Assembly (NCBI GenBank): GCA_963666835.2
Contig: CAXXGO010000003.1
Coordinates: 544,001 to 608,000 of the forward strand
Origin: Phycisphaerae bacterium
GTDB taxonomy: Bacteria > Planctomycetota > Phycisphaerae > UBA1845
Direction: 5' to 3'
DNA: 64,000 nt
Positions 49,364 to 59,444 of the stretch are shown piece by piece. The stretch's first letter is position 1, and each line of letters opens with the position of its first letter. A model generated the notes under the pieces. That model was not told the origin of the DNA. It searched no databases and saw nothing but the letters and a program-made list of their open reading frames with translations. Both the position numbers and the translations under genes were made by a program.

Positions 49364-51259
49364 ATGCATCTTCGATTTAATCCGATCCGGTTCCTCCGGA
49401 CCATCTGCTTGGCGGCCGCGCTGATTGCCGCCCCCGTGTTCGGTTCGGGTGACGCTCCGAAGCAGAAGATCAAGATCGACAAGCTGGATGACCTGCCGAA
49501 GCACATGTACCCCGTGTCCGGCAAGGCTTCGGTGCTGATCAACTCCAAAGAGCGCGTCCTGGAACTGGCAAGAACCGTCCGCGCGGACGTTGAGGCCGAT
49601 CTGGCCGGCTACGAGATAACCGACCCAACCACGCTCAAGCGCATGTACGGCACGTTGCTCAGCATTGATCTCATCGAGGGCAAATTCGACGCGGCGTTGG
49701 CTCGCATCGAACAAATCCGTGCTCTGGAGGACAAGGAGGCCAAGAAACTGACCGCGGGCCTGACGAACATCGCCATGATCGCAGCAAAACGGGAAGTGGG
49801 CTCCGATGCACCCACAGCGGAGTACAAGGCGGCCTTCAGCCGTCATCTAACCAAGCTCACTGCCGCATTGCCCTGGTCCGTCGTTCAGGACACGATCCAA
49901 CAGAGCAAGGGGCGGCTGGAGATCTTCAGCGAGAATCTGCTCCGCGGCCTTGTCGAAGCCCAGATGGACCCGGTCGTTGCCGAGACGGGCGAGCTCAACG
50001 GCGATCAGGCCGCCGGAGTGATCGGCATCCGCTTCACTATCGACGAGCGTCTCCCGCTCAAGAGCGAGACCATCGCCGTTTATCAGAAGCTGATTGAAGC
50101 CAACAAGACGGTGAAACCCGACATCTGGGAGGCGCGTTCGGTTGCTCTGTCGAAGGACATGAAGCTCAAGCCCGTCCTGGCGGCCGTTTGGGACTCCGGC
50201 GTCGACGCCGATATCTTCTACGGGCGCATGTTCGTCAATGCGAGCGAGTTGCGGGACGGTAAGGACAACGACGGCAACGGCTTCGTCGATGACATTCACG
50301 GGATTGCCTACGACATGAACGCCCACCGAGCGACCGGAGTCCTGTTCCCGCTGGGAGACGCGGCCGCGCGAATGCCTCAGGTAATGCAACACACCAAAGG
50401 CCTTATGGACATCCAAGCCGCCATCGACAGCCCCGAGGCAACCGAACTGAAAAGGCACCTGTCCTCGCTGGATTCGGCAGACGTGAAGGGGTTCCTCGAA
50501 GACCTCAGCCTGGCGGGCAACTACTCGCACGGGACCCACGTGGCCGGCATAATGGCAGCGGGGAACCCTTTCATCCGTCTGTTGGTTGCCCGGCACACGT
50601 ACGACTATCACACGATCCCCGTCGCCCGGACAGAAGATTGGGGCGAGCGCGACGGTGCGAAGTGCCTCGATACCGTCGAGTACCTCAAACGTCATCGCGT
50701 ACGCGTCGTCAATATGAGCTGGGGAGAATCACAGCAGGACGCGGAGGATTCTCTGGAAGCCAACGGAATCGGCGAGAGCGCGGAAGAACGCCTCGCGATC
50801 GCCCGCCGGGTTTTCGCCTCGCAGAAGGAAGGGCTCTACAACGCAATCAAGAACGCTCCGGACATCCTATTCGTATGTGCGGCCGGAAACGCCGATAACG
50901 ATGTAGAGTTCGACGAGTACATTGCTTCGTCGTTTGAGCTGCCGAATCTAATTACCGTCGGAGCAGTGGATCAGGCGGGAGATCCCACCTCATTCACCAG
51001 TTTCGGCAAGACCGTGCAGGTGTACGCCAACGGATTCGAGGTCGAAAGCTACGTTCCCGGCGGCGCGCGGATGAAGTTCTCGGGTACGTCGATGGCGGCT
51101 CCGAACGTGGCCAACCTGGCGGCGAAGATGATTGCCGTCGACCCGACGTTGACCCCGACCAAGGTGATTGAGTTGATCAAAAAGGGCGCCGACCGCACGA
51201 CTGCCGGCGGCACGTCGTTTTTGCTCATGAACCCGAAGAAGACGATGGATCTGCTCTAA
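49364..51259 (+). CDS. Secreted S8 (subtilisin-family) serine peptidase
   Basis: AVWDSGVD, HGTHVAG, AAGN, SGTSMAAP; signal peptide. Confidence 0.95.
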   Translation: MHLRFNPIRFLRTICLAAALIAAPVFGSGDAPKQKIKIDKLDDLPKHMYPVSGKASVLINSKERVLELARTVRADVEADLAGYEITDPTTLKRMYGTLLSIDLIEGKFDAALARIEQIRALEDKEAKKLTAGLTNIAMIAAKREVGSDAPTAEYKAAFSRHLTKLTAALPWSVVQDTIQQSKGRLEIFSENLLRGLVEAQMDPVVAETGELNGDQAAGVIGIRFTIDERLPLKSETIAVYQKLIEANKTVKPDIWEARSVALSKDMKLKPVLAAVWDSGVDADIFYGRMFVNASELRDGKDNDGNGFVDDIHGIAYDMNAHRATGVLFPLGDAAARMPQVMQHTKGLMDIQAAIDSPEATELKRHLSSLDSADVKGFLEDLSLAGNYSHGTHVAGIMAAGNPFIRLLVARHTYDYHTIPVARTEDWGERDGAKCLDTVEYLKRHRVRVVNMSWGESQQDAEDSLEANGIGESAEERLAIARRVFASQKEGLYNAIKNAPDILFVCAAGNADNDVEFDEYIASSFELPNLITVGAVDQAGDPTSFTSFGKTVQVYANGFEVESYVPGGARMKFSGTSMAAPNVANLAAKMIAVDPTLTPTKVIELIKKGADRTTAGGTSFLLMNPKKTMDLL

Positions 51260-51348
51260 CACCGCAACCGGGAAGGTCGATCCGTCGACCCGCCCGAGGC
51301 GGATAGTTCCGTGAAAACCAGATATCTCGGAGGTGTTCTCCCGTGGAG

Positions 51349-53466
51349 ATGCGTTCTACAACCTATGCGTTAGCGCTTTTGATGGCCCTGTCTCTGGTCG
51401 GCTTTGCCAGTGCCGATCCCCCGGTGCGAGACCACGAGATCGAGCCGGACGACTACTTTGCCATTGGCGTAATCACCGGCTGCTACCCGTCGCCGGACGG
51501 AACCTACGTTGCCTACACCGAAAGCCGCTGGGATCCGATCCCCGGCAAACGCGAGCTGGACCTCTGGGTAGTAGAGGTGGCCACGAAGTCCGTTCGGCGT
51601 TTGACTCTCGACTGGGCCTCGGACAGCTCTCCGAAGTGGAGCCCCGACGGGAAATACATCTACTTCGGCAGCGCGCGCAAACGCGCCGGCGAGACGGACC
51701 CGCCGTGCAACGGCAAGAGACAGGTCTGGCGGGTGTCGCCCGAGGGCGGTCCCATTATGCCGGTGACCCGCGTCGCCAGCGGAATCGGGATGTTCGACCT
51801 CTCCGCCGATGGGAACTCCGTCTACTACACGACCACGAAGAAACACATAGAAGATGAATGGAAGAGTCTGCGCAGCCAGTACGGCGATCTCGAATACGGC
51901 CACGGCGTAAACGACTTCTCCCAGGTCTGGAAAATGGACCTGAAGCACTGGTGGGCCGAGAAGCTCGTTGATGAGAACCGGGTCATCTACTCCATGGCCG
52001 TATCGCCGGACGAGCGGCGTATCGCCATGCTCACTACGCCCGACGATACGCTCTTGACCCGCGAAGGTTGGTCCCGGGTGGACGTCTACGATACGCAAGA
52101 CAAGGAATATGCAGTCCTGACCGGAGAGAGTTTCCGTGACGACCACCCGTCGCCGTACTCGTGGTTTGCGGGTCTGGCCTGGTCGGCGGACAGCGAAGCC
52201 CTGGCGTTTTCGATCGGATTCGACGGCTTCCCGTCTCAGGTCTACGTTGCGGAGTGGGTAAACGAGCACAATTCGATATGGCGGCTGTCGCGTCCGAAGG
52301 GTGTGGAAGTCAGCGGCGGTACGGTCGCGTGGCGCGGCAATTCTCGTGATTTGTGCTTCTCTGCGGAAGAGAAGGCTCGGTCACGGGTCTATTGCGTTGC
52401 GGATGTTGACGGCGGTCGCCAGGGCAAGTCCGCGAACTGGACGCCGGGCGACATCGTTACTCACGGGTTCGGGTTTCCCCCGTCGGGTGGACCGCTTGCG
52501 GTGGTCCTGAGCACCACCACGCAACCGCGAGATATCTTCCTGCTGGAAAAGCCCGGCGAATTCGAGCAGTTGACCAAGGCCAATCCGCAGGTTGATACCT
52601 GGATACTGCCGCAGATTTCCATCGTCTCCTGGGAAGGAGCCAACGGCGATACGGTGGAGGGTATTCTCGAACTGCCGCCCAACTATAAGGCCGATGATGG
52701 TCCCCTGCCCATGGTCGTGGAACTGCACGGCGGACCGACCTCGGCCACGATGTTCCGGATGCGCCTTTGGATCTACGGCCGCACCCTGCTGGCCGCCAAG
52801 GGATACGCTTTGCTGAGCCCGAACTATCGCGGATCCACCGGGTACGGCGACGACTTCATGACCGACCTGATTGGTCGCGAGAATGACATTGAGGTCGAGG
52901 ACATTCTCAAGGGCGTGGATGCGATGGTCGAAAGGGGCATTGCCGATCCCGAGCGCCTCGGCGTGATGGGATGGAGCAATGGCGGTTTTCTCGTCAATGC
53001 CCTGATCACCAAGACCGACCGCTTCAAGGCGGCCAGCTCCGGAGCCGGCGTGCTCGATATGGTGATTCAGTGGGGTACGGAAGACACTCCGGGTCACGTC
53101 ATTAACTACATGAACGGTGCCCTGCCGTGGGATGACCCGGAGCACTATCGGAAATCGTCACCGATCTACGATCTCCATAAGGTGCGAACTCCGACGATCA
53201 TTCACGTGGGCGGCGCCGATCCGCGAGTTCCCGCAGCCCACAGTCGCGCCTTGTACCGCGCGTTGCGGCACTACCTCGATGTGCCGGTCGAGTTGGTCGT
53301 TTATCCGAACATGGGGCACGGGCTTACCAAATACGAATACCGCAAGGCCAAGATGATGTGGGACCTGGCCTGGTTCGACAAATACCTGCTCGGCAAGACC
53401 GGGGAAGAGACCGAAGAAGAAGCCGAGGAAGAAACCGAACAGCCGGACGAGGTGATCGAAGAGTAG
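51349..53466 (+). CDS. Secreted S9 peptidase (dipeptidyl/acylaminoacyl peptidase) with beta-propeller
   Basis: PKWSPDG, LHGGP, PNYRGSTGYG, GWSNGG, DPRVP, GHG. Confidence 0.95.
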   Translation: MRSTTYALALLMALSLVGFASADPPVRDHEIEPDDYFAIGVITGCYPSPDGTYVAYTESRWDPIPGKRELDLWVVEVATKSVRRLTLDWASDSSPKWSPDGKYIYFGSARKRAGETDPPCNGKRQVWRVSPEGGPIMPVTRVASGIGMFDLSADGNSVYYTTTKKHIEDEWKSLRSQYGDLEYGHGVNDFSQVWKMDLKHWWAEKLVDENRVIYSMAVSPDERRIAMLTTPDDTLLTREGWSRVDVYDTQDKEYAVLTGESFRDDHPSPYSWFAGLAWSADSEALAFSIGFDGFPSQVYVAEWVNEHNSIWRLSRPKGVEVSGGTVAWRGNSRDLCFSAEEKARSRVYCVADVDGGRQGKSANWTPGDIVTHGFGFPPSGGPLAVVLSTTTQPRDIFLLEKPGEFEQLTKANPQVDTWILPQISIVSWEGANGDTVEGILELPPNYKADDGPLPMVVELHGGPTSATMFRMRLWIYGRTLLAAKGYALLSPNYRGSTGYGDDFMTDLIGRENDIEVEDILKGVDAMVERGIADPERLGVMGWSNGGFLVNALITKTDRFKAASSGAGVLDMVIQWGTEDTPGHVINYMNGALPWDDPEHYRKSSPIYDLHKVRTPTIIHVGGADPRVPAAHSRALYRALRHYLDVPVELVVYPNMGHGLTKYEYRKAKMMWDLAWFDKYLLGKTGEETEEEAEEETEQPDEVIEE

Positions 53467-53497
53467 AAGTCGGGGGCCGAGTCCTTCGAAATCGAAC

Positions 53498-53540
53498 AAG
53501 CCCCGCCCCGCCAAGCGTATAGCCTGCGGGGCGGGGCTTT
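53498..53540 (+). terminator. Terminator-like hairpin
   Basis: AAGCCCCGCCCCGC...GCGGGGCGGGGCTTT after the S9 gene. Confidence 0.65.
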
Positions 53541-53616
53541 GTGGATCGCTGGTGCGTAGTTTCAACCGAACCGGCAGTGCTTGCTGCGGCGTCGGGCAGC
53601 GTTGAGGGCAAAGGGT

Positions 53617-54396
53617 ATGAGATCCCAGACGAAAAGCTCGCTTCTCGTTTCGTTCATCGTATCGATCGCGCTTTGTGGTGTTGTGGGGATCTACTGCCTG
53701 CTTTGCGCCCGGATAGGCTGGATCGAGGAGAAGATCCTCGGCACCACGGCCGCTATCGGGGGAGCGTCGCTTATGGGATTGGCAAGTGCCGCAGCCTGGG
53801 AACGCCATCGTTGGCACCCGATCGGGCCGGCCGGCATTATGGCCGCCGCTGCCGCGTTGGCGCTGATCCTGGTGGGGATATGGCTCGAACCAAGCTGGCG
53901 GAACGAGATCTTCTGGAAAACGATGGCGGTTGCATGTGTTGCCGGCGTGGCCCTGCCTACTCTCGGCTTGTTGTCGACCGCGCGTTTGCGGCGCGAGTAC
54001 GGGTGGGTACGCCGGGTAACGGTCATGGTTGTCACCATACTCGCCGGGCAGATTGCCTTTACATTTATCGCTGAAGTCGACGACGAGGTCTGGGGCCGGA
54101 TGATGGGCATCCTGGCGATTGCGTCGGTTTGCGGAGTCATCGCGGTTCCAATCCTGCACCGAGTCTCGGCCCTGCGTACAACCGAGGAAGTCCGCACCTT
54201 CGAGTCTACGCTGTCACTCACGTGCCCGCGGTGCAAGACGGTTCAAGACCTTCCGACCGGCCGGGCACGTTGCCGTGAATGCAAGCTGCGGATCAACATC
54301 GAAATCGAAGAGGAGCAGTGCCGATCATGCGGGTACCCGCTATATCGGCTTACCTCGGATGTTTGCCCGGAGTGTGGTACGCCGCTGACCGCGTGA
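53617..54396 (+). CDS. Membrane protein (about 6 TM) with C-terminal double zinc ribbon
   Basis: CPRC...CREC and CRSCGYPLYRLTSDVCPECG. Confidence 0.82.
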   Translation: MRSQTKSSLLVSFIVSIALCGVVGIYCLLCARIGWIEEKILGTTAAIGGASLMGLASAAAWERHRWHPIGPAGIMAAAAALALILVGIWLEPSWRNEIFWKTMAVACVAGVALPTLGLLSTARLRREYGWVRRVTVMVVTILAGQIAFTFIAEVDDEVWGRMMGILAIASVCGVIAVPILHRVSALRTTEEVRTFESTLSLTCPRCKTVQDLPTGRARCRECKLRINIEIEEEQCRSCGYPLYRLTSDVCPECGTPLTA

Positions 54397-54450
54397 TTGG
54401 CGGGCGTCCCGTGATCGCTCTGGCGTTTTCGGGTCACGCGGACGGGACCT

Positions 54451-54671
54451 AGCCCGAAGGGCTGTAAGATAGTAGCCGTGGGCAAGCGCAGCGCCGCCCA
54501 CGGACGTGGGCTACGCGCAGTCCTTTCGACCCTGAAAGGTGTCGCATCGAACGCGTCGAAGGATCGAGAACCTGTACGCCCCATTCTGGGTTGGGTTTCT
54601 TCATCGACGCTATCCGGTGGCGGCGCTGCGCACGCTACGGGCTACTTCCTAACTAACAGGCCTTCGGCCTG
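54451..54671. repeat. REP/MITE-like palindromic intergenic element
   Basis: Stacked hairpins (agcccgaagggct; ccgtgggc...gcccacgg) with imperfect inverted ends; a related inverted copy lies at about 63174..63235 (ggctactatctt). Confidence 0.6.
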
Positions 54672-54730
54672 AGGGGGGTGGTCGCCCGGGTTCAAGATGC
54701 GTTTTGCCGAACGCCTGCAACAGCCGAGCC

Positions 54731-56911
54731 CTACCGCGGCCCGGTGGGGTTCTTCTCGGGGATCGGCGTGAACGACACTGTCCCGCTCTTGCGATCCACG
54801 CCGATGCTGCAATTGCGAACCTTCGGGTTGAGCGAGTCGGGTTCATCGAGCCAGGTGGTGTTGTCGAATCCGCCGAACGGCTGCGGTGCGACCTCGGCAC
54901 CTTCCTTGTCGCCGTCGCCTTCCTTCGGCTCTGGTGGTGGTAGTGTCGCGTATGTGTCAGTACCTCCCACATCAAGGAAAAGTGCCATGGAGCTGCTGTC
55001 CGTCCAATAGCTGCTGATCTCGTCGACCTCTTGGAAGCGGTCGTAATACATCGCCATGCCGGGCCGGTGGTTGACCTGGCCGCGATAGACGTCGTCCCCG
55101 CCCACATCTATCAGTCCGGAGAAGCTTCGGTTGATCGAGTAGCTCAGCCCGTCCCCTTTGAGCTCGTAGATGTCGTTGCCGCCGACGTTGACCAGCAAAC
55201 CAATCGTGAAGTCGTGCCCCCAGCCGATCGACATGTTGGACGTAGCCTCGCCGATGTGCAGGTCGTCCCCCGCCTCGTCGACCAGGGCACCGATACAAAA
55301 ATGCGCCCCGGTGCCCTGCGAATAGCACACCCCGCGATATTCGTCGTTGCCGGCGCCGTCGTGGAGGATCCCGGTGCCGAACCAGTAGCCCGTGCCCATC
55401 GTCCAGTTGCCGGAGGTGTAGCGGTCGTGCCCTTCGCTATCGAGCAACGCTCCAAGCCCCCCCGCCCACGAATGCCCGTCGGCACCGTCGCCCCGCCGCC
55501 CCATCGCGCAGCCCTGGGCGTTATTGACGGTGATATCCTCCCCGGGCGAATGGTACGAAGGCCGACCGGTGATCTTCGCGTCGCGTACTGCCGTATACGT
55601 GTCATCGCCCATGCGGTCGGCCAGCACTCCCACGCCGCCGACCCCGCCGAGCCCCTGTCCGTCCGCGTAAAGCACGTATTGGTCATCCCCGGCGCTGTCG
55701 AACATCAACCCGACCCCGAAATAGCCGCAGCCCTGCCCGGAGTACTTGACGAAATAGCGATCCCGGCCGCCCAGGTCAGCGCAGAGCCCCATGCCGAATT
55801 GTCCGACCCCCTGGGCGTAGCGTGTTGCTTCGTAGTTGTCGTTTCCCCCCGCATCAAGTAACATACCCACTCCGCACAGCCCGGCTCCCTGCGCCGGGCC
55901 GGTTGACTCGTAAAGGTCATTCCCGCCGCAATCGAGCAGTAGGCCGATCAACCGCTCACCGGAAGAAGCCGCCACCGAACCGGTGTAATGGTCGTCGCCG
56001 CCCAGATCGACAACCAACAGAGTGTCAGTTCCGTCGACCTTATCCGCCCCACCCCCGCGGATCCGAATCCAACCCCACGGAGTCTCCCAGTCGAACGAGA
56101 ACTCCGGCGCCGGGTCCAACCCGGAGAGTGCCAGCCGAGCGTCGTCGAGGGCCTGCACACATTTCTCGCCCGCATACCACAGGCTGGCTTCGTCCCACGT
56201 TTGGGCGACGTCGTCGACTTCCGGGCAGTAGTCGAACGCGTCGACCTGTTCTTCCCCGATATTCAGACGGCGCGTAACCGCCAGGCGCTTCTTGGCATCC
56301 ACGTTGCGAAAGGCCAGCTCCGCCCAGTGGTGCGCGTCAACGATATTGAGCACCAGTTGACCCAGCACCTGCCGCGCAGGCTCGGGAATAACCGCGACTT
56401 TGGCCGCAAGGTCCTCGGCCAGGAGCGGGTACGGTGAATCGGAAGCGAAAGTAACAAATCTCGTCGGCCGACCGGCCGCGCGGTGCAGAGTGAGGATCGC
56501 TTCGTCCAACGGCGTTAGGGGCGCCGTGAGATTAGCCGAGTACCCGCGAAGAGCCCCGAACTTCGGATTCGTCCCCAGTCGGTGTACGGCATGAAAGAGA
56601 TGCCCTACGCCCCGTGCCGGCTCGGCGTCCAGCACCGCGGGGTCCAGATTCGTACGTGCTTCATTGGCCAGAGCCCGCGCATAAGCAATGGTATCCAGCG
56701 GTGCCGCGAACAGAGAATCGAACGCCCGAAGCTTGTACGGAATATCCGCGGGAAAGCGCATCCACCAGCCGTGGGGGCGCCAGCCCAGATCGGCGCGAGT
56801 CATGCCCACGGCCGCGAGCGTTTCATCCAGGGCGTCGCCCTTCTCGGCGTAGGTTGCGGAGGACGAAAGAGCCCCGGCCACGATTGCGATAATCAGATGT
56901 CTTGCGTTCAT
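54731..56911 (-). CDS. Secreted protein with many Gly-rich GxGxLxDxxGxDxY repeats
   Basis: Signal peptide; repeated units such as QGAGLCGVGMLLDAGGNDNY and QGVGQFGMGLCADLGGRDRY. Confidence 0.85.
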   Translation of the reverse strand: MNARHLIIAIVAGALSSSATYAEKGDALDETLAAVGMTRADLGWRPHGWWMRFPADIPYKLRAFDSLFAAPLDTIAYARALANEARTNLDPAVLDAEPARGVGHLFHAVHRLGTNPKFGALRGYSANLTAPLTPLDEAILTLHRAAGRPTRFVTFASDSPYPLLAEDLAAKVAVIPEPARQVLGQLVLNIVDAHHWAELAFRNVDAKKRLAVTRRLNIGEEQVDAFDYCPEVDDVAQTWDEASLWYAGEKCVQALDDARLALSGLDPAPEFSFDWETPWGWIRIRGGGADKVDGTDTLLVVDLGGDDHYTGSVAASSGERLIGLLLDCGGNDLYESTGPAQGAGLCGVGMLLDAGGNDNYEATRYAQGVGQFGMGLCADLGGRDRYFVKYSGQGCGYFGVGLMFDSAGDDQYVLYADGQGLGGVGGVGVLADRMGDDTYTAVRDAKITGRPSYHSPGEDITVNNAQGCAMGRRGDGADGHSWAGGLGALLDSEGHDRYTSGNWTMGTGYWFGTGILHDGAGNDEYRGVCYSQGTGAHFCIGALVDEAGDDLHIGEATSNMSIGWGHDFTIGLLVNVGGNDIYELKGDGLSYSINRSFSGLIDVGGDDVYRGQVNHRPGMAMYYDRFQEVDEISSYWTDSSSMALFLDVGGTDTYATLPPPEPKEGDGDKEGAEVAPQPFGGFDNTTWLDEPDSLNPKVRNCSIGVDRKSGTVSFTPIPEKNPTGPR

Positions 56912-57038
56912 TCCCGGTGTCTACCCGTAAACGCGTCGGTCGACAAGCCGCGTCAGACGCTTCGGGGAGTCATGGTGCGGGCGAAGGGATAGCCGGGACC
57001 CTGGGCAATCGACTCGTTGGTCGTACAATCGCGGTCGA

Positions 57039-57470
57039 ATGTGCGATTGGACCGAAGCCGACATCTCAGGGATCTCTGAAGAGGACTTTCCGGTCCGGTG
57101 TGACCGGTGCGGCCGCCTTCTTACCGGGTTGGGCGATTCCGGGCGATGCCCCCAGTGCGCGACGGCCTTCGTTCGCAGGCAGCGTCTGTGGGAGACGCAC
57201 GGCGCCGAGGCGTTCGCCACGCCGCCGATTACGGAAACGGAGCAGCCGGATCGAGGTTTCATCACCGTGACGCTGACCGTGGTGGGAATGACGCTCCTAC
57301 TGCCCGCCATCCTGCTGGCGTGGGACGTCGTGTTCGGCACATTCGATCTGTGCTTCGGCCTGTTCGCGTGGTTGTCGGTTGTATCCGCGATTGCATGGCT
57401 GGTTTTCGTTCGGCATGGAAGATCCAACCCGCCTGAACCACCGAACGACGGATCCGGCCCGCCTCCGTAG
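57039..57470 (+). CDS. Small membrane protein with N-terminal zinc ribbon
   Basis: CDRCGRLLTGLGDSGRCPQC followed by two TM helices; start uncertain. Confidence 0.7.
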   Translation: MCDWTEADISGISEEDFPVRCDRCGRLLTGLGDSGRCPQCATAFVRRQRLWETHGAEAFATPPITETEQPDRGFITVTLTVVGMTLLLPAILLAWDVVFGTFDLCFGLFAWLSVVSAIAWLVFVRHGRSNPPEPPNDGSGPPP

Positions 57471-57509
57471 AGAGTAAGCAGTACGGCAGGTCAATGACCT
57501 GGTCTACAG

Positions 57510-58994
57510 CTACGGGGCGGAAAGCGCGTTGGCGAACGCGGCTACGTCGGTCAGGTCGACATCGTCATCGTCCGTGTCGAACGCGAAAAGACATGCATCC
57601 ACACACTCCGGCGCAGCCGGCGACGGCCCCTCCCCGGGCCCCGCCAGGCAATCCACCAAGGCCGCGTAATCGTCCAGATCGACGTCATCGTCCGAATCGA
57701 AATCCCCGCCCTCCATAACGTCGCAGAAATCCGGGGCGAAGTTCTCGTTACAGTCAATTGACAAACCGGCAAACTCATACACCGACCCGGAGTCGGCCCC
57801 GTTATCGTCATCCCCGTAGGTCGCTGCCAACCCTATGTCAGCGGATACCGCCACCGCCGTACCCAGACGGTCTTCCACCGCTGCATCGGCCGCGATCAGC
57901 TTGGCCGTCTCGCCCCAGCCCGTGCCGTCGTAAGTGAACAGGTACGCCGCGCCGGAATCCTCACCGCCGCAATCCTGATCCGGCGCCCCGATCATCGCCG
58001 CATCACCGAAAGCCGCCACCGCAAGACCAAAGGAATCACCCGCCGCCCCGTCTTCGGCCACGAGCTTCGCCTCCTCGTCCCACGAGTCTCCGTCATACCT
58101 GAAAACATAAGCCGATCCCGAGTCGGCCCCGTTATCGTCATCCTGGAAAGCTCCGATCACGGCCACGTCGCCGTCCACCGCCACGGAGTATCCGAAAGAG
58201 TCATCAACCGCCCCATCGCTCGCGGTCAGCTTAGCTTCTTCTTCCCAATCCACTCCGTCGAACGCAAAGACATACGCCGAGCCCGAGTTCAACCCGTTAT
58301 CATCATCCCAGCGAGCCCCGACAACCACTACGTTCCCGGAAACCGCCACCGAAATGCCGAACCAATCGTTCGCCGCCGCATCGGAAGCCGTAAGCTTGGC
58401 GTCCAATCCCCAGCTTCCCGCGTCGTAGCGATATACGTAGGCCGAACCCGACTCCGTCCCGGCATCGTCGTCGCGCCACGCCCCGACCACAACCACATCC
58501 CCGGATATCGCCACGCAGCGCCCGAACCAGTCGTACACCGCTCCGTCGTATGCCACAAGCTTGACATCCTGAACCCAGACATCTCCCAGGCGGCGAAAGA
58601 CGTAGGCGGCCCCGGCACGATCGGCCACATCACTGTTCCCGTACGCTCCGACAACCGCCACATCACCGTCCACCGCCACGGAATATCCGAAGGAGTCCCC
58701 GCTTTCCCCATCAGAAGCCCGCAGCTTGGCGTCCTCGACCCAGCCCTCTTCGGGATCGAACTGAAACACGTAGGCGGATCCGGAATTGCGGCCGTTGTCG
58801 TCGTCCATACTGGCCCCAACCACCGCGGTGTTCCCGGAAACGGACACGCTCATTCCGAATCGATCGAACGTGGAAGCGTCGGAGGCGGTCAACTTGGCCG
58901 ACTCCTCGGCTACGCATTCTCCGAACGCTCGCGGCCCGCCGGCCACCGTCAGCAGGACCACAAACCCAGCCGCCAGGGAAACTCTAATCGACAT
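57510..58994 (-). CDS. FG-GAP repeat (7-bladed propeller) secreted protein with dockerin-like tail
   Basis: Seven KLTASD...FGxSVAVxGDxxVVGA...SGSAYVF repeats; tail GDFDSDDDVDLDDY; ATG 58994 with AGGAGG RBS. Confidence 0.92.
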   Translation of the reverse strand: MSIRVSLAAGFVVLLTVAGGPRAFGECVAEESAKLTASDASTFDRFGMSVSVSGNTAVVGASMDDDNGRNSGSAYVFQFDPEEGWVEDAKLRASDGESGDSFGYSVAVDGDVAVVGAYGNSDVADRAGAAYVFRRLGDVWVQDVKLVAYDGAVYDWFGRCVAISGDVVVVGAWRDDDAGTESGSAYVYRYDAGSWGLDAKLTASDAAANDWFGISVAVSGNVVVVGARWDDDNGLNSGSAYVFAFDGVDWEEEAKLTASDGAVDDSFGYSVAVDGDVAVIGAFQDDDNGADSGSAYVFRYDGDSWDEEAKLVAEDGAAGDSFGLAVAAFGDAAMIGAPDQDCGGEDSGAAYLFTYDGTGWGETAKLIAADAAVEDRLGTAVAVSADIGLAATYGDDDNGADSGSVYEFAGLSIDCNENFAPDFCDVMEGGDFDSDDDVDLDDYAALVDCLAGPGEGPSPAAPECVDACLFAFDTDDDDVDLTDVAAFANALSAP

Positions 58995-59444
58995 CCCCCA
59001 ATCCTCCTGATAGACCCAAACCCCGCGGACTCCTCCGAGCCCCCCAAATGCGCACACAGACAACCCGAGTGTAATCCAAATTACCCGCCGGGTTCAAGGA
59101 CTAACCCGAACCTCGCACAAACCCGCAGGGTCCGGCGTGCGGACGGCTTGCGTCAGCAGCGTTCTGCCGCGGTTTGGTACGCGGAGCGGACCTTACGGGC
59201 CATAACTCCCGTCAAACAGCAGAGTTACGGCAATCCCCCGCCGATGTCGGGAAGATCGCCGCTCCAACACCGCAGATGGCGGTCCCCATCCGAGCGATAC
59301 CCGCCGGGATTCTACTCAAACAAATAATCTTCACTTGATTCCCTATGCGTGTAGCGGTACGATACAACCTGTTCGTCCGGCGAGCCGATAACGGCGGTTC
59401 GCTGCTCACGGAACGGGGAATCCAGACAAGGGGAGGGATACGTC

